A stretch of DNA of 64,000 nucleotides from positions 7,397 to 71,396 of the IMG/VR virus record IMGVR_UViG_3300023179_000094, one strand, 5' to 3'. The translations under genes and the position numbers were made by a program. The stretch is from a virus. Below the pieces are notes generated by a model. It saw only the letters and a list, made by a program, of their open reading frames with translations. It was not told the DNA's origin and searched no databases. Positions 35,830 through 45,402 of this stretch are shown in pieces. How positions within the stretch are numbered: the stretch's first letter is position 1; every line of letters starts with the position of its first letter.

Positions 35830-36780
35830 ATGGTTAATCAATTGCTGACTGAAAAGCTCAGGCCCCGGGATTTAAAACACATGATTTTGCCAGATCGAAT
35901 ACGAAATCTATTCGATGGAAAGCCATTAGCACAGAATGTTTTGTTGGCAGGATCACCCGGTTGTGGCAAAACAACCTTGGCAAAAATTTTAGCCACTGGT
36001 TCTCCTCACCTGTTTATCAATGTTTCGGATGAAAGCTCTGTTGATGTCATTCGAACAAAGATCAACGATTTTTGTTCAACCCTAAGCATCATGGATGGTA
36101 AATCTGCCTTGAAGGTGGTAATCTTAGACGAGTTTGATGGTGCTTCGGATCAATTTTACAAGGCTCTAAGGGGAACAATTGAGAAATTCGCTAAAAATGC
36201 CAGATTTGTAGCGACGTGTAATTGGATTGCCAAGGTGCCAGAGGCAATTCAGTCCAGATTTGAAGTCATCAATTTCGACCCCGTAAATTACGAAGAAGAA
36301 CAGGAATTGAAGGAAGAATGGAGAAAAAGGATCACTCTGATACTGGGAAAACTTTCCATCTCAATAGATTCTGAAGCTTTGGATGTTTTCGAAAGGGATT
36401 TTTTTCCGGATTTAAGATCTGCTTTAAACAAAATCCAAGCATGGTCAATTGAGGGAATTCAAAATGTAGACGCCAAAAAAGTTAAAGACTCCTCTTATTC
36501 CCACGAGGATCTTTACCGTTTAATCTGTGACGGAAAAAATCCTGTTGAAAATTATCAGTTTATCGTGTCACAATATGCCGGTAAAGTTGACAGCGTGATG
36601 TTGGCTTTGGGCGATGAATTTGTAAGTTGGATCCAACACAACCGGCCAGAACTCGCCAAAATAATTCCCGGGGTAATCGTGATGGTTGCCGAACATCAGG
36701 CACAGAGAATGTTGGTCATAGATCCCATAGTTTCTTTGTTAGCCCTCGTGTTTAAAATTCAAAAACAAATTCAAGCCTAA
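35830..36780 (+). CDS. Clamp loader ATPase subunit (T4 gp44 / RFC-like)
   Basis: EKLRP, GSPGCGKTT, ILDEFD, ALRGTIE, IQSRF, PDLR. Confidence 0.92.
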   Translation: MVNQLLTEKLRPRDLKHMILPDRIRNLFDGKPLAQNVLLAGSPGCGKTTLAKILATGSPHLFINVSDESSVDVIRTKINDFCSTLSIMDGKSALKVVILDEFDGASDQFYKALRGTIEKFAKNARFVATCNWIAKVPEAIQSRFEVINFDPVNYEEEQELKEEWRKRITLILGKLSISIDSEALDVFERDFFPDLRSALNKIQAWSIEGIQNVDAKKVKDSSYSHEDLYRLICDGKNPVENYQFIVSQYAGKVDSVMLALGDEFVSWIQHNRPELAKIIPGVIVMVAEHQAQRMLVIDPIVSLLALVFKIQKQIQA

Positions 36781-37091
36781 TGGATCTTCTGCCTGTTGAA
36801 ATAAAAAAGAACACCTTTATCTACCGACTCGTTAAGAGGGGAGAAAGGGCTATGATGTATGAACAATTTTGTACTGATGCCGAAAGAGTAATCGCCTGGG
36901 AGGTGTTCAAAAGAAAAATAGATCCACCAAAAGAGGTTTTCGGAGTACAATTAGGGGAAAGAGAAATCTTCCCCGGAAATGAGGATTTTGGTAAATGGGC
37001 ATGGGCTCCTTCCAGACAGGACAAAGCAGAATTTATTTTCAACCAATTAGAACAAGGTTTAAATCACAGAGGTTACGAAGATGGAGAATAG
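36780..37091 (+). CDS. Hypothetical protein
   Basis: Coupled ORF with WEVF and FPGNEDFGKWAW. Confidence 0.65.
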   Translation: MDLLPVEIKKNTFIYRLVKRGERAMMYEQFCTDAERVIAWEVFKRKIDPPKEVFGVQLGEREIFPGNEDFGKWAWAPSRQDKAEFIFNQLEQGLNHRGYEDGE

Positions 37092-37710
37092 TAATTCGAA
37101 TCCAAAGATCCATATAGATTTCAACCCCAAGCAATCTGATGGGTGGCTGTATGCCAGTAGTTTGTTTTACTCCAAAAAAATAAAAAGAATAATCCTGTGT
37201 GGAAAGGGCGGAGCGGGAAAGGATCACCTCCGTCAACTTTTAGAAGAGAAAGGTTTTAAGTACTGTGTTTCCCACACAACCCGGCCTCGGCGAACCAACG
37301 AACAGGAAGGCAAAGACTACTTCTTCGTTGAAAATTTAGAAGATTTTGAAATCCTCAAAGGAATGTTCGAAAGGAAAGAATTTTACGAGGTGAATCTTTT
37401 TGCCGGATGGATTTATGGGACTTCTATTCAGGAATTCAATTCGAGCAATTTGATGATTCTAACACCTTCTGGTATTGCTAACCTTAAACCGAAGGACAGA
37501 GAAGAGTCTTTCATTATTTTTTTAGATATAGACCCAAAAACAAGAAAATCCAGATTATCTTCAAGAAAAGATGCCGATTCTGTGGACAGAAGACTACGAA
37601 CAGACGAGGAAGACTTTTTGAATTTTACGGACTTTGATTTCAAAATAACCGATCCCAATTTTGTTGTGGGTTCAGAAATTTGGTTTGATTTAAAGTATTA
37701 CCATGATTAA
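37081..37710 (+). CDS. gmk: Guanylate kinase-like protein
   Basis: GKGGAGKD, VSHTTRPRR.NEQEGKDYFFV, WIYGT. Confidence 0.85.
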   Translation: MENSNSNPKIHIDFNPKQSDGWLYASSLFYSKKIKRIILCGKGGAGKDHLRQLLEEKGFKYCVSHTTRPRRTNEQEGKDYFFVENLEDFEILKGMFERKEFYEVNLFAGWIYGTSIQEFNSSNLMILTPSGIANLKPKDREESFIIFLDIDPKTRKSRLSSRKDADSVDRRLRTDEEDFLNFTDFDFKITDPNFVVGSEIWFDLKYYHD

Positions 37711-38836
37711 TATTCTTATCGACGGAAATTATATTTTCCACAAGACTTTTGGAATCTTCGGAGGTTATGGATCGAAAGATCCAGGAGAAGTTCTAAAAAC
37801 TAAAAATGAGCAGGCGATGTTTATCCGAAAGATAGCCACTGATCTTTGTGCCGCCCTTAGGGAGCTTCCTACCGGAGGAAGATTAATTTTCACGGCTGAC
37901 TCAAGAAGCTGGAGAAAGGATGTGGTTATAGAAGGTGGAGGTTACAAGTCGAACCGTGTTAAAGACGAATCTGTAGACTGGTCTATCTTTTTTAATTTAC
38001 TTGACTCTTTTGGAAAACAACTTGAAAAAATGGGATTCGTGTACTCCCGGGCGGACGGGGCCGAGGGAGATGATTTGTTGTATTTTTGGGCAGACTATTT
38101 CACGGCCAAATCCCAAGATTGTATTATTATTTCCGGCGACAAAGACCTACATCAGCTTTCAAGATGGAAGGGCGACAACTGGACTTTAGTTTGGTCGAAT
38201 AATTCCAAAAACAATCTTGTTTCATGTCCAGTTGGATGGAAAGAAAAGTGGCTAGACCACCAACCACAAGTTTCAATTTTTGATTTGTCGGATTTGAATC
38301 AAACCGACAAAGAAAAATTAAAAAAATGGATACAAAATTTGACCGTGAATGAAATCAAACCAGAAAGTTTCATTTTCACAAAAATGTTGATTGGAGACGA
38401 GGGAGATGCTGTTCCTGGGGTTTGGAATTTTGAGGCAACACCTGGTAAGATGTCAAGAATGACCCCAAAAAAGGCAGAACAACTTTTGGAATCACTTCAT
38501 CAATCTAAATGGTCAGGAAGTTCTTTTGGTGATCTACTACAGGACACAGAATTTCTTGATTGGGTCGGAGGATACATTTTGAGATTAATGAAAGACATAG
38601 ATTCCAAAGAAAATAGGCAGAAGGCATCCGAAAATTTAAAAAGAAATTATCAACTCATGTGGTTGGATAAAATGGTCATGCCCTCTTGGGTAATTACGAA
38701 TTCGGTGGCAGAAATCAAAAGAGGAATTAATCTAGAAAGAAGGGCAATTACCCTGGATAGAATTAAAATTTTAGAGGGCACAGAGTGGGTAACATCTACT
38801 GCTGTACCTAAGATGTACAATCCTTTTTCCGAATAG
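37703..38836 (+). CDS. 5'-3' exonuclease / flap endonuclease (T4 RNase H-like)
   Basis: LIDGN, DSRSWRK, YKSNR, EGDD, SGDKDLHQL, GDEGDAVPG. Confidence 0.88.
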   Translation: MINILIDGNYIFHKTFGIFGGYGSKDPGEVLKTKNEQAMFIRKIATDLCAALRELPTGGRLIFTADSRSWRKDVVIEGGGYKSNRVKDESVDWSIFFNLLDSFGKQLEKMGFVYSRADGAEGDDLLYFWADYFTAKSQDCIIISGDKDLHQLSRWKGDNWTLVWSNNSKNNLVSCPVGWKEKWLDHQPQVSIFDLSDLNQTDKEKLKKWIQNLTVNEIKPESFIFTKMLIGDEGDAVPGVWNFEATPGKMSRMTPKKAEQLLESLHQSKWSGSSFGDLLQDTEFLDWVGGYILRLMKDIDSKENRQKASENLKRNYQLMWLDKMVMPSWVITNSVAEIKRGINLERRAITLDRIKILEGTEWVTSTAVPKMYNPFSE

Positions 38837-38838
38837 AC

Positions 38839-39264
38839 ATGGAACTTTTCGATGTTGTAAATTCTCTTTTTGGATCAGATAAAAAGTGGGAATCTGTGGG
38901 AAAGGCAGACAAGTCTCGAAATTTTTTCATGGTCAATAGGTTCATGTCCATCCAATTCCCGGTTCAGGCCCACGAGTTCAACCACACTAAGGTCGTCCCG
39001 AATTTGGTTTTGGACTGGTGGCATTCTGCCTTGGGCCCAAAATTTGGAAAAACACCAAAGTGGGTTTTCACATCCGTTGGCAAAAAAGAACAAAATAAAT
39101 CGAACCAAAAGATTCCAAATTTCCAGGAGGTAGAAGATTTTATCCGGGAAAGAAATCAACTGAGCAAAAGACAACTTCAAGAATTGAAACAATTTTTTCC
39201 TACGGCATATCATGATTGGATGAAATCCCTGTCCCAGCAAATGGGTAAGGAAAATCAGAAATAG
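38839..39264 (+). CDS. Hypothetical protein, possibly clamp loader small subunit (gp62-like)
   Basis: FFMVNRFMS segment and size resemble gp62; near the gp44-like gene. Confidence 0.4.
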   Translation: MELFDVVNSLFGSDKKWESVGKADKSRNFFMVNRFMSIQFPVQAHEFNHTKVVPNLVLDWWHSALGPKFGKTPKWVFTSVGKKEQNKSNQKIPNFQEVEDFIRERNQLSKRQLQELKQFFPTAYHDWMKSLSQQMGKENQK

Positions 39265-39295
39265 GATATATAAGACAGAAAATAATTTTAAAGTC

Positions 39296-39832
39296 ATGGA
39301 GAAAGGTATACAAAAAATTGTCGACAAGTTAGTTCAGAGTTTGGATTGGAATTCTATCCTTCTAATTCACCAGGCATTTAAACATGGGACTGGTCAGGGT
39401 AGCGAGGTAATACCTGGTTTAAAAAGAAAAAATTACGATCAAAACCTAAGTGTAAAGGATCTGAAACATGAATTAAAAACAATTTTGAAGTATGTAGTGG
39501 AAAACGATTACCAATCTTTCACCTATGGGAATTGGATCGTCTCGTGGTACAATCAACAGTGGAACGATGAAACCGTGATTGAAACACTGAGCCAAGACGA
39601 TGAAGAAATAGAATTTGAGATTGAAATGCCTAACACCAAGCTCGAGGTGATTTATGCTCCACAGAGAATTTGTATCACTATGGACACCGGGGAAGGATCT
39701 AATCCATCAACGACTTCAGATATCGATACCTTAAAGATGATGTTGGAAAATGCCCTGGCCGAGGAAAATTACGAGATGGCCCAAAAGATCCAGGACATTC
39801 TGAAGATGTCCCAAAAACCGGAAGAGATTTAA
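39296..39832 (+). CDS. Protein with C-terminal UVR (UvrB/C) coiled-coil motif
   Basis: LENALAEENYEMAQKIQD; late motif at 39265. Confidence 0.6.
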   Translation: MEKGIQKIVDKLVQSLDWNSILLIHQAFKHGTGQGSEVIPGLKRKNYDQNLSVKDLKHELKTILKYVVENDYQSFTYGNWIVSWYNQQWNDETVIETLSQDDEEIEFEIEMPNTKLEVIYAPQRICITMDTGEGSNPSTTSDIDTLKMMLENALAEENYEMAQKIQDILKMSQKPEEI

Positions 39833-39856
39833 GATACATATAAAAAAAGTTGTCTC

Positions 39857-40339
39857 TTGAAGTACATCCTAACTTTGAATGAATTTTTCGACACCGGAGT
39901 TTTCGGTGACACCTATGGATATGGCGGGGCAAACGGAATTTTCAAGGTTCAATATAAGCCATACAAGGATCTTTCTGTTTCCGTTGGACCTGATCCCAGA
40001 GTTCCTAGAAACATTCCTGGTTCTAAATTTCAAGTTGGCGATATTGTTATTGGAGAACCCATCAATGATGATAAGAAGGTGGCCGGTATGGTTGTTAAAA
40101 ATATTCTGGCCCCAGATCACAAATCATATCGTTTTTTTGTCCAGATCCACACCAAAGGTAAAAAGGATCAAAAAGTTCTAGAACTCAAGCCAGACACGGT
40201 CGAGTTTGTAGACATGGGGGACAAAGGCCACCGTCAAGTTGTTTCTCAGTACAAATTCAATGATATCACGGGAGATGCCTATAATTCTAAAACTGTTTAT
40301 AACAATCCTGGTTTAGGGATCGAAGCAGTCGGAGGTTGA
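39857..40339 (+). CDS. Putative internal virion protein with SH3/KOW-like domain
   Basis: TTG start; ILTLNEF N-terminus; FQVGDIV; GATACATA at 39833. Confidence 0.5.
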   Translation: MKYILTLNEFFDTGVFGDTYGYGGANGIFKVQYKPYKDLSVSVGPDPRVPRNIPGSKFQVGDIVIGEPINDDKKVAGMVVKNILAPDHKSYRFFVQIHTKGKKDQKVLELKPDTVEFVDMGDKGHRQVVSQYKFNDITGDAYNSKTVYNNPGLGIEAVGG

Positions 40340-40373
40340 GAAACTTTTATTTGTTTTTCCTGTAAAGCACAGG

Positions 40374-41255
40374 ATGATTTTAAGCAAAACCCCACACAAA
40401 TTAGGTTCTATTGCTTCGAGCTTGAATTTTCCAAAATCTGGAGAAATTCCTGCCGACGAATTCATAAAATCCATCTCGAAAACGGTTGAAACCCACGTGA
40501 AGAATGGAATAGATGTTACCTGTTTTCAATTGTCAGAATCAGATTTAAATTTTCCAGATTTCTCCTCTTTGGAAGAGGAACATCCAGATCTCGTTTCTCT
40601 GGATGAATTAAGCCAATCAATCAGAATTCAAGGACATAGAATTTTATTTTTCCTGTCCTCGTATTTCTTCTTGGGATCAAGATTACCAGATTCGGTCCAA
40701 CAGACACACACGATGATTGGCAAGCTGGCTTCTCTGGTTGAAGGTCTTGGCATTGCCGAACCTTGTATTTTGCTACGGGTCGGAAGCGCCTATGGAAACC
40801 GAAGGGAAACCGCCCAAAGATTTTGTGAGGAGATTTTCAAATTTCCAATCACAATCCGAAATATGTTGGCTGTGACGAATGACGATAAGCCAAGTTTATT
40901 TTCGGTTACAGATTTGCTATCTGGAGTTTTTTATCCGGCAAAAATTCCAATTTGTTTTCGATCTTTGCCACATCAGTTCAATACGGGTGGTTTGAATTTC
41001 AGAGAGGCTCTATTTTTATCCTGTTCTACCTGGGAATCCCCAAACAAACCAATTTATTTTCACGGTGAAAGTTCGATGATAGACGATAAGGGAATTTCAC
41101 TTTCATCTTCTCCAACTTCACGTTTGACTCATAGAATTCCAACCTTCGGGTTAGACGTAGATGTGGTTATAGAATCTTCTGATTCATTCAAAACTTGTGT
41201 CCAATATTTATCGGAACATAAATCATTAATCCCATTAGTAATACCGAAAATTTGA
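40374..41255 (+). CDS. UV-damage endonuclease (UvsE/UVDE)-like protein, catalytically degenerate
   Basis: VGSAYG, TNDDKPSLFSVTDL, IPICF, FNTGGL..REAL.LSCSTW, DVVIE. Confidence 0.7.
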   Translation: MILSKTPHKLGSIASSLNFPKSGEIPADEFIKSISKTVETHVKNGIDVTCFQLSESDLNFPDFSSLEEEHPDLVSLDELSQSIRIQGHRILFFLSSYFFLGSRLPDSVQQTHTMIGKLASLVEGLGIAEPCILLRVGSAYGNRRETAQRFCEEIFKFPITIRNMLAVTNDDKPSLFSVTDLLSGVFYPAKIPICFRSLPHQFNTGGLNFREALFLSCSTWESPNKPIYFHGESSMIDDKGISLSSSPTSRLTHRIPTFGLDVDVVIESSDSFKTCVQYLSEHKSLIPLVIPKI

Positions 41256-41267
41256 TTTATAAAAATT

Positions 41268-41969
41268 ATGATTCCAATTAATACCTTGAAAAATTGTTTG
41301 TTTTTCGACATCGAAACTGCTGGTTGGTGTCCAGATTTGGATTGTCTGCGTGAAGAAAATCCAAGATTGGCAAAACTATGGGAAAGGAGAGTTAAATACT
41401 ATAGATCCTATCCTGAATTTCAAAATGCCACAAGCGATGAAATTTACTTACAGAAAGCGGGTCTTGAGCCAGAATATTCCAGAATTGTGTGTGTTTCTTT
41501 TGGTATGATTAACGAGGATGAAACACTAAAATTTGTATCTTTTTATGGCGAGGATGAAGTGGACATTTTAACCAAGACAAAAAAAGTTTTTGGTAACTCT
41601 TCGTCTAAAAACATGAAATTGGCCGGACACAACATTAAGGGATTCGACGTTCCCTGTGTGGGTAAAAGAATGATGTACAATGGTATTCAGCCTCCAAGCA
41701 ATTTGGTGGTCTGGGATAAGAAGCCTTGGGAAATTCCCTATCTCGACACCTCTGAAATTTTTGCCTTTGGAAGTTGGAGTCAGCAAAAGTATTTGAGTCT
41801 AGATTTACTTTCTTGTTCTCTTGGTGTTGAATCACCAAAGGAAGATATAGATGGATCACAGGTTCATTTCACATTCTGGCAAGAAAAGGACTACGAAAGA
41901 ATTAAGATCTACTGTGAGAAGGACGTTGAAACGGTAATTCAGGTTTTACTCACAGCGAGTAAAATGTAA
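41268..41969 (+). CDS. Stand-alone DEDDy 3'-5' exonuclease (PolB-proofreading-like)
   Basis: FFDIET, GHNIKGFDVP, YLDT, YCEKDV. Confidence 0.88.
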   Translation: MIPINTLKNCLFFDIETAGWCPDLDCLREENPRLAKLWERRVKYYRSYPEFQNATSDEIYLQKAGLEPEYSRIVCVSFGMINEDETLKFVSFYGEDEVDILTKTKKVFGNSSSKNMKLAGHNIKGFDVPCVGKRMMYNGIQPPSNLVVWDKKPWEIPYLDTSEIFAFGSWSQQKYLSLDLLSCSLGVESPKEDIDGSQVHFTFWQEKDYERIKIYCEKDVETVIQVLLTASKM

Positions 41970-42019
41970 AGTTTGTCAGGAATTTATTTGGATATATACT
42001 CCAAATAAATGTCCGGATT

Positions 42020-42799
42020 TTGGGATTTCCTGTTTCTAATTTTGATGACTTTTTAGGAGAGAATAATTTAGGGCATTTCCTGAATTCCCCCGTGCTTTGT
42101 CCAAAATTTTGGGACAAATACAAAAATACTGAAGGTAAAATAAAATGGGAATTAGATCCTATAGTTAGGAAAAAGTTACTTCGGATTTCTGAAGGATTCG
42201 TTCAAAACATAGAGGATTCAACTGGGCATAAATGTGATGTTTCTGATATTCGTTTGGTTGGTCCAATGTGTGGACCAAAATACACTGATGATTCTCCTTT
42301 AGAAATTGAAATTGTTTTTGATTTGGATTCACATGGTGAATCTAAAGGATTGATGGCAGAAAAAATAAACCATCATGCTTTCTTGTGGCATTCGAAACCT
42401 GATACTACTCTGAGAGGTCATGAGGTCGAACTTGAAGTTTTGGGAGAGGGCGAATCCCGTTCTAAATCTGGTGTTTATTCTTTAAGTGAATCCAAATGGA
42501 AAAAGTTACCAAACTTAGAAGAGAAAGACGATCTAGACCTGGACGAAAAAAGCGCCATTAATGTGTGTTATTTGATCGAAAAGTTGGAAAGAATTCAAGG
42601 ATCTGAATTTTCTGACCCAAAGTCACTAAAACAAATTATTAAAAAAATACAATCTAAAATTGGAAAACTAAGAAAAAAATCTTTCAATTCTTCATCTAAA
42701 TCTCTCAAAGAGTCATCGTCCTATCGTAAGTTGTTAGAAGGTGGATATATAAAAAAGATGGTTAAAATTTTAGAACAAAAAACAAACAACAAAAAATGA
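42020..42799 (+). CDS. Nucleotidyltransferase-fold protein, degenerate active site
   Basis: VRKKLLRI, DIRLVGP...YTDDSPLEIEIVFD, LRGHEVEL, GVYSL...W. Confidence 0.5.
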   Translation: MGFPVSNFDDFLGENNLGHFLNSPVLCPKFWDKYKNTEGKIKWELDPIVRKKLLRISEGFVQNIEDSTGHKCDVSDIRLVGPMCGPKYTDDSPLEIEIVFDLDSHGESKGLMAEKINHHAFLWHSKPDTTLRGHEVELEVLGEGESRSKSGVYSLSESKWKKLPNLEEKDDLDLDEKSAINVCYLIEKLERIQGSEFSDPKSLKQIIKKIQSKIGKLRKKSFNSSSKSLKESSSYRKLLEGGYIKKMVKILEQKTNNKK

Positions 42800-45339
42800 T
42801 TTTACTTTTTAAGAGTGGTTCAGTTTTTTCTCGTTCTTCTAAGGATGGTGATTCTGGTTCTATTTTTCCTTTAATTTCAATACCAACAAACGTCGAAGGT
42901 AAATCTACAGAACTTAACGATTTTCAGTGGTGGGCATACACAGATGAGTGGCAACAATGGTTGAAGAAAAATCCTAGAGAATGGCAAGCCGAGGCTGAAG
43001 ATCATTTTAACAATTTTGACACATGGGTTGATGAATTGCTAGAAACAGAGGATTATTACAGACAGTTCTTCAATTTTCAAGCCAAATCTTTATTGACTAA
43101 AGGAAAAATTAGTAGTTTCGATGATTTCCTACAAATTTATGAAGCAGAAGAAAAATCTGCAAATTCAGACACCGCCAGGAAATTGACCAAATTTATTTAT
43201 GCTGTTGAGTCGCTTGTTAAATCTGGGGTTTTGAAACCCAAAATGGAAATGGATTCTCTTGACACCAAAACCCCATACGCAGTTGTTGTGGATTTATTGG
43301 ACGAGAAAACTAAAAAACCAAATTCAATGGCTAGACAAGCTTTCAGATTGAAGTTGCTCGCAAAAACAAAAACTTTAACTGTTGCAGAAATTGATTACGT
43401 TTTACCTCAAGAAGAGGAAGTAGGCGAGACTATGGAAGGGTACTTTAAAAATGTTTCCGAATTTGTAACACAGGCTATGATTGCCGGGGTTTCAGTAGCT
43501 GGTGTTGTTTTGGCTGCAAAGGCCGTAGGAAGCATTGCTATGGGCTGGGCCTTTAGAAGAGGTGCACAACGGTTTTTCCCTGGAGTAGCTGGTTCAGTTG
43601 GAGGTATGTTTAGTGGTGCTTTCAATACTGTTAGGGGATGGTTTGGGGCAAGCACAGCAGCAGCGGGAGCTGCTGGTGCACCCGGAGTACCAGCAGCAGC
43701 AGTTGCATCTGGACAAGCTGCAGCAGCAGGAGGTGGTGCCGCAGCAGGCGGAGGTGCATTAGCAACTACCGGTATCGTCGCAGCTGTCGTCGTGGCTGCG
43801 GGAGCAATTCAAAGGTCTATCAACTGGTTTTCTTCCAAACAAGCTCCGATTTACTCCAAGGTAGATGATTTTGCCAAAGGAAATTTTGCACCCGGAGAAA
43901 TTGAAATTGGAAAACCTATAACAATATGTTGGACTCAAGAATCAGGATCAGGATGGCTGACTTCTTTAGTATGGAATTCGGACACAAGAACAACTATGGA
44001 CTTGATCAAAATTGTAGATAAAGACGAAAAATCATTCTTCCTAATGACGAATGTCAATTCTAAAGCCATGGGAAAAGTCTTGAAAGACAACGAGCTAGTG
44101 ATGTTGGTATTTAACAACAATGATAATTTCGAAAGAGGATATTTAGATAATGATGATTTAGAATTCGAATCTTTAGCCATAAAGTCCATGGGGGATTTGG
44201 CTGTTGCAACTTCTTTTTATGGTTATTGTGATTGGTCGGAAATGCAATCTGCTTTCGACGAAGCTCCGGAAAGAGCCTGGTATGTTCCAGAAAATGCTCC
44301 ATCTTCTTATGAATTTAATTATCAAAATCAAAAAAGCGAAAAAATAAATGTTTCTGGAAAATTGATGACGGAATCAGATTTAGAGTCCAGTGGTGTAGAG
44401 AAATTTCTTCCTGATATATCTGGAGCATTAAAAGAATCTGGGGTAAAAGAAAACTTCGATTATTCATCATATGACAAATTCCAAGAAGCAAGATTGGTAG
44501 ATTTTTACGAATTTTCATCCCTATATGAGGAAAATAAAGAGGATAAAAACAAAAAAAATAAAAAGGAGATTCCTGATGCAGAATCTCTAGAAAAAGAATG
44601 GGCAAAAGATTATAAGGATGATTCAAGAACACAAAACGCCACAAAAGAGTTTGAAAAACAACATGAAGATTCGAAGTATAAAAGATGTATGATGTCAATT
44701 TATCGTGTAAACTCAATAGAATGGGTGGATCCAAATGTGAAATCCCAGGTTCCAACAATTCAATATTTTGTTGTTGCCCCACAAAGCTTTGATGCAAAGA
44801 TCGGAGATCCAGTTGCAGTTGAACCCACTTCTGAAGATAAACTTTACAATCCAAGATTTGGATTAGCAACATACACACCGCCAGAAGAAAAAACAACACC
44901 AGAAAAAACAGATAAAGATAAGGACAAAGAAAAAGAGGACGAAATTCCACCTTTGACCCCGGGTTCAACTGGTCCGGAAAAAAAGATAAAAGTTGATCCA
45001 GATGATATTTCAATCAGAGATGTTTCACACAGCACCTTTGGAGGAAGAAGAAGATTGGTGATCAAAGATGACCCAGATCCAAAGGGAGAAAATGTGAACA
45101 TAGCAGATTTTTTAACCCCGGAAGACAGAAAGGAATTGGGTATTGAAAATTGGAAAAATGTAACCAAAGTACAATTGGTTTATGATAGAGATAGAGAACC
45201 AACAAAGGTTGTTTTGAAAAATAGAAAACCTGGACTTTTAAACGACGAGGTTAGGAGAATTAGAAAAGGACAAGCCGGATTTGATGCAGCCGTAGCCTAC
45301 GCAAAAAGGGTAAAGGCTGGTATAGAATACGATGAATAA
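42796..45339 (+). CDS. Large putative internal/ejected virion protein with A/G-rich hydrophobic core
   Basis: Late motif at 42744; ~110-aa Ala/Gly/Val-rich segment with two TM-like helices. Confidence 0.55.
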   Translation: MILLFKSGSVFSRSSKDGDSGSIFPLISIPTNVEGKSTELNDFQWWAYTDEWQQWLKKNPREWQAEAEDHFNNFDTWVDELLETEDYYRQFFNFQAKSLLTKGKISSFDDFLQIYEAEEKSANSDTARKLTKFIYAVESLVKSGVLKPKMEMDSLDTKTPYAVVVDLLDEKTKKPNSMARQAFRLKLLAKTKTLTVAEIDYVLPQEEEVGETMEGYFKNVSEFVTQAMIAGVSVAGVVLAAKAVGSIAMGWAFRRGAQRFFPGVAGSVGGMFSGAFNTVRGWFGASTAAAGAAGAPGVPAAAVASGQAAAAGGGAAAGGGALATTGIVAAVVVAAGAIQRSINWFSSKQAPIYSKVDDFAKGNFAPGEIEIGKPITICWTQESGSGWLTSLVWNSDTRTTMDLIKIVDKDEKSFFLMTNVNSKAMGKVLKDNELVMLVFNNNDNFERGYLDNDDLEFESLAIKSMGDLAVATSFYGYCDWSEMQSAFDEAPERAWYVPENAPSSYEFNYQNQKSEKINVSGKLMTESDLESSGVEKFLPDISGALKESGVKENFDYSSYDKFQEARLVDFYEFSSLYEENKEDKNKKNKKEIPDAESLEKEWAKDYKDDSRTQNATKEFEKQHEDSKYKRCMMSIYRVNSIEWVDPNVKSQVPTIQYFVVAPQSFDAKIGDPVAVEPTSEDKLYNPRFGLATYTPPEEKTTPEKTDKDKDKEKEDEIPPLTPGSTGPEKKIKVDPDDISIRDVSHSTFGGRRRLVIKDDPDPKGENVNIADFLTPEDRKELGIENWKNVTKVQLVYDRDREPTKVVLKNRKPGLLNDEVRRIRKGQAGFDAAVAYAKRVKAGIEYDE

Positions 45340-45402
45340 ATAAAAACAAAAAATAATAAAATTTGACAAAGTCATTTTGATATATAAGAGATAAAAAAAA
45401 GA

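Noticed and set aside
44315-45013. 232-aa minus-strand ORF and the many other short antisense or alternate-frame ORFs (e.g. 11232..11768, 38875..39327, 46286..46633)
   Set aside because: Shadows of strongly biased + strand genes; F/L/S-rich, with no motifs or leaders.
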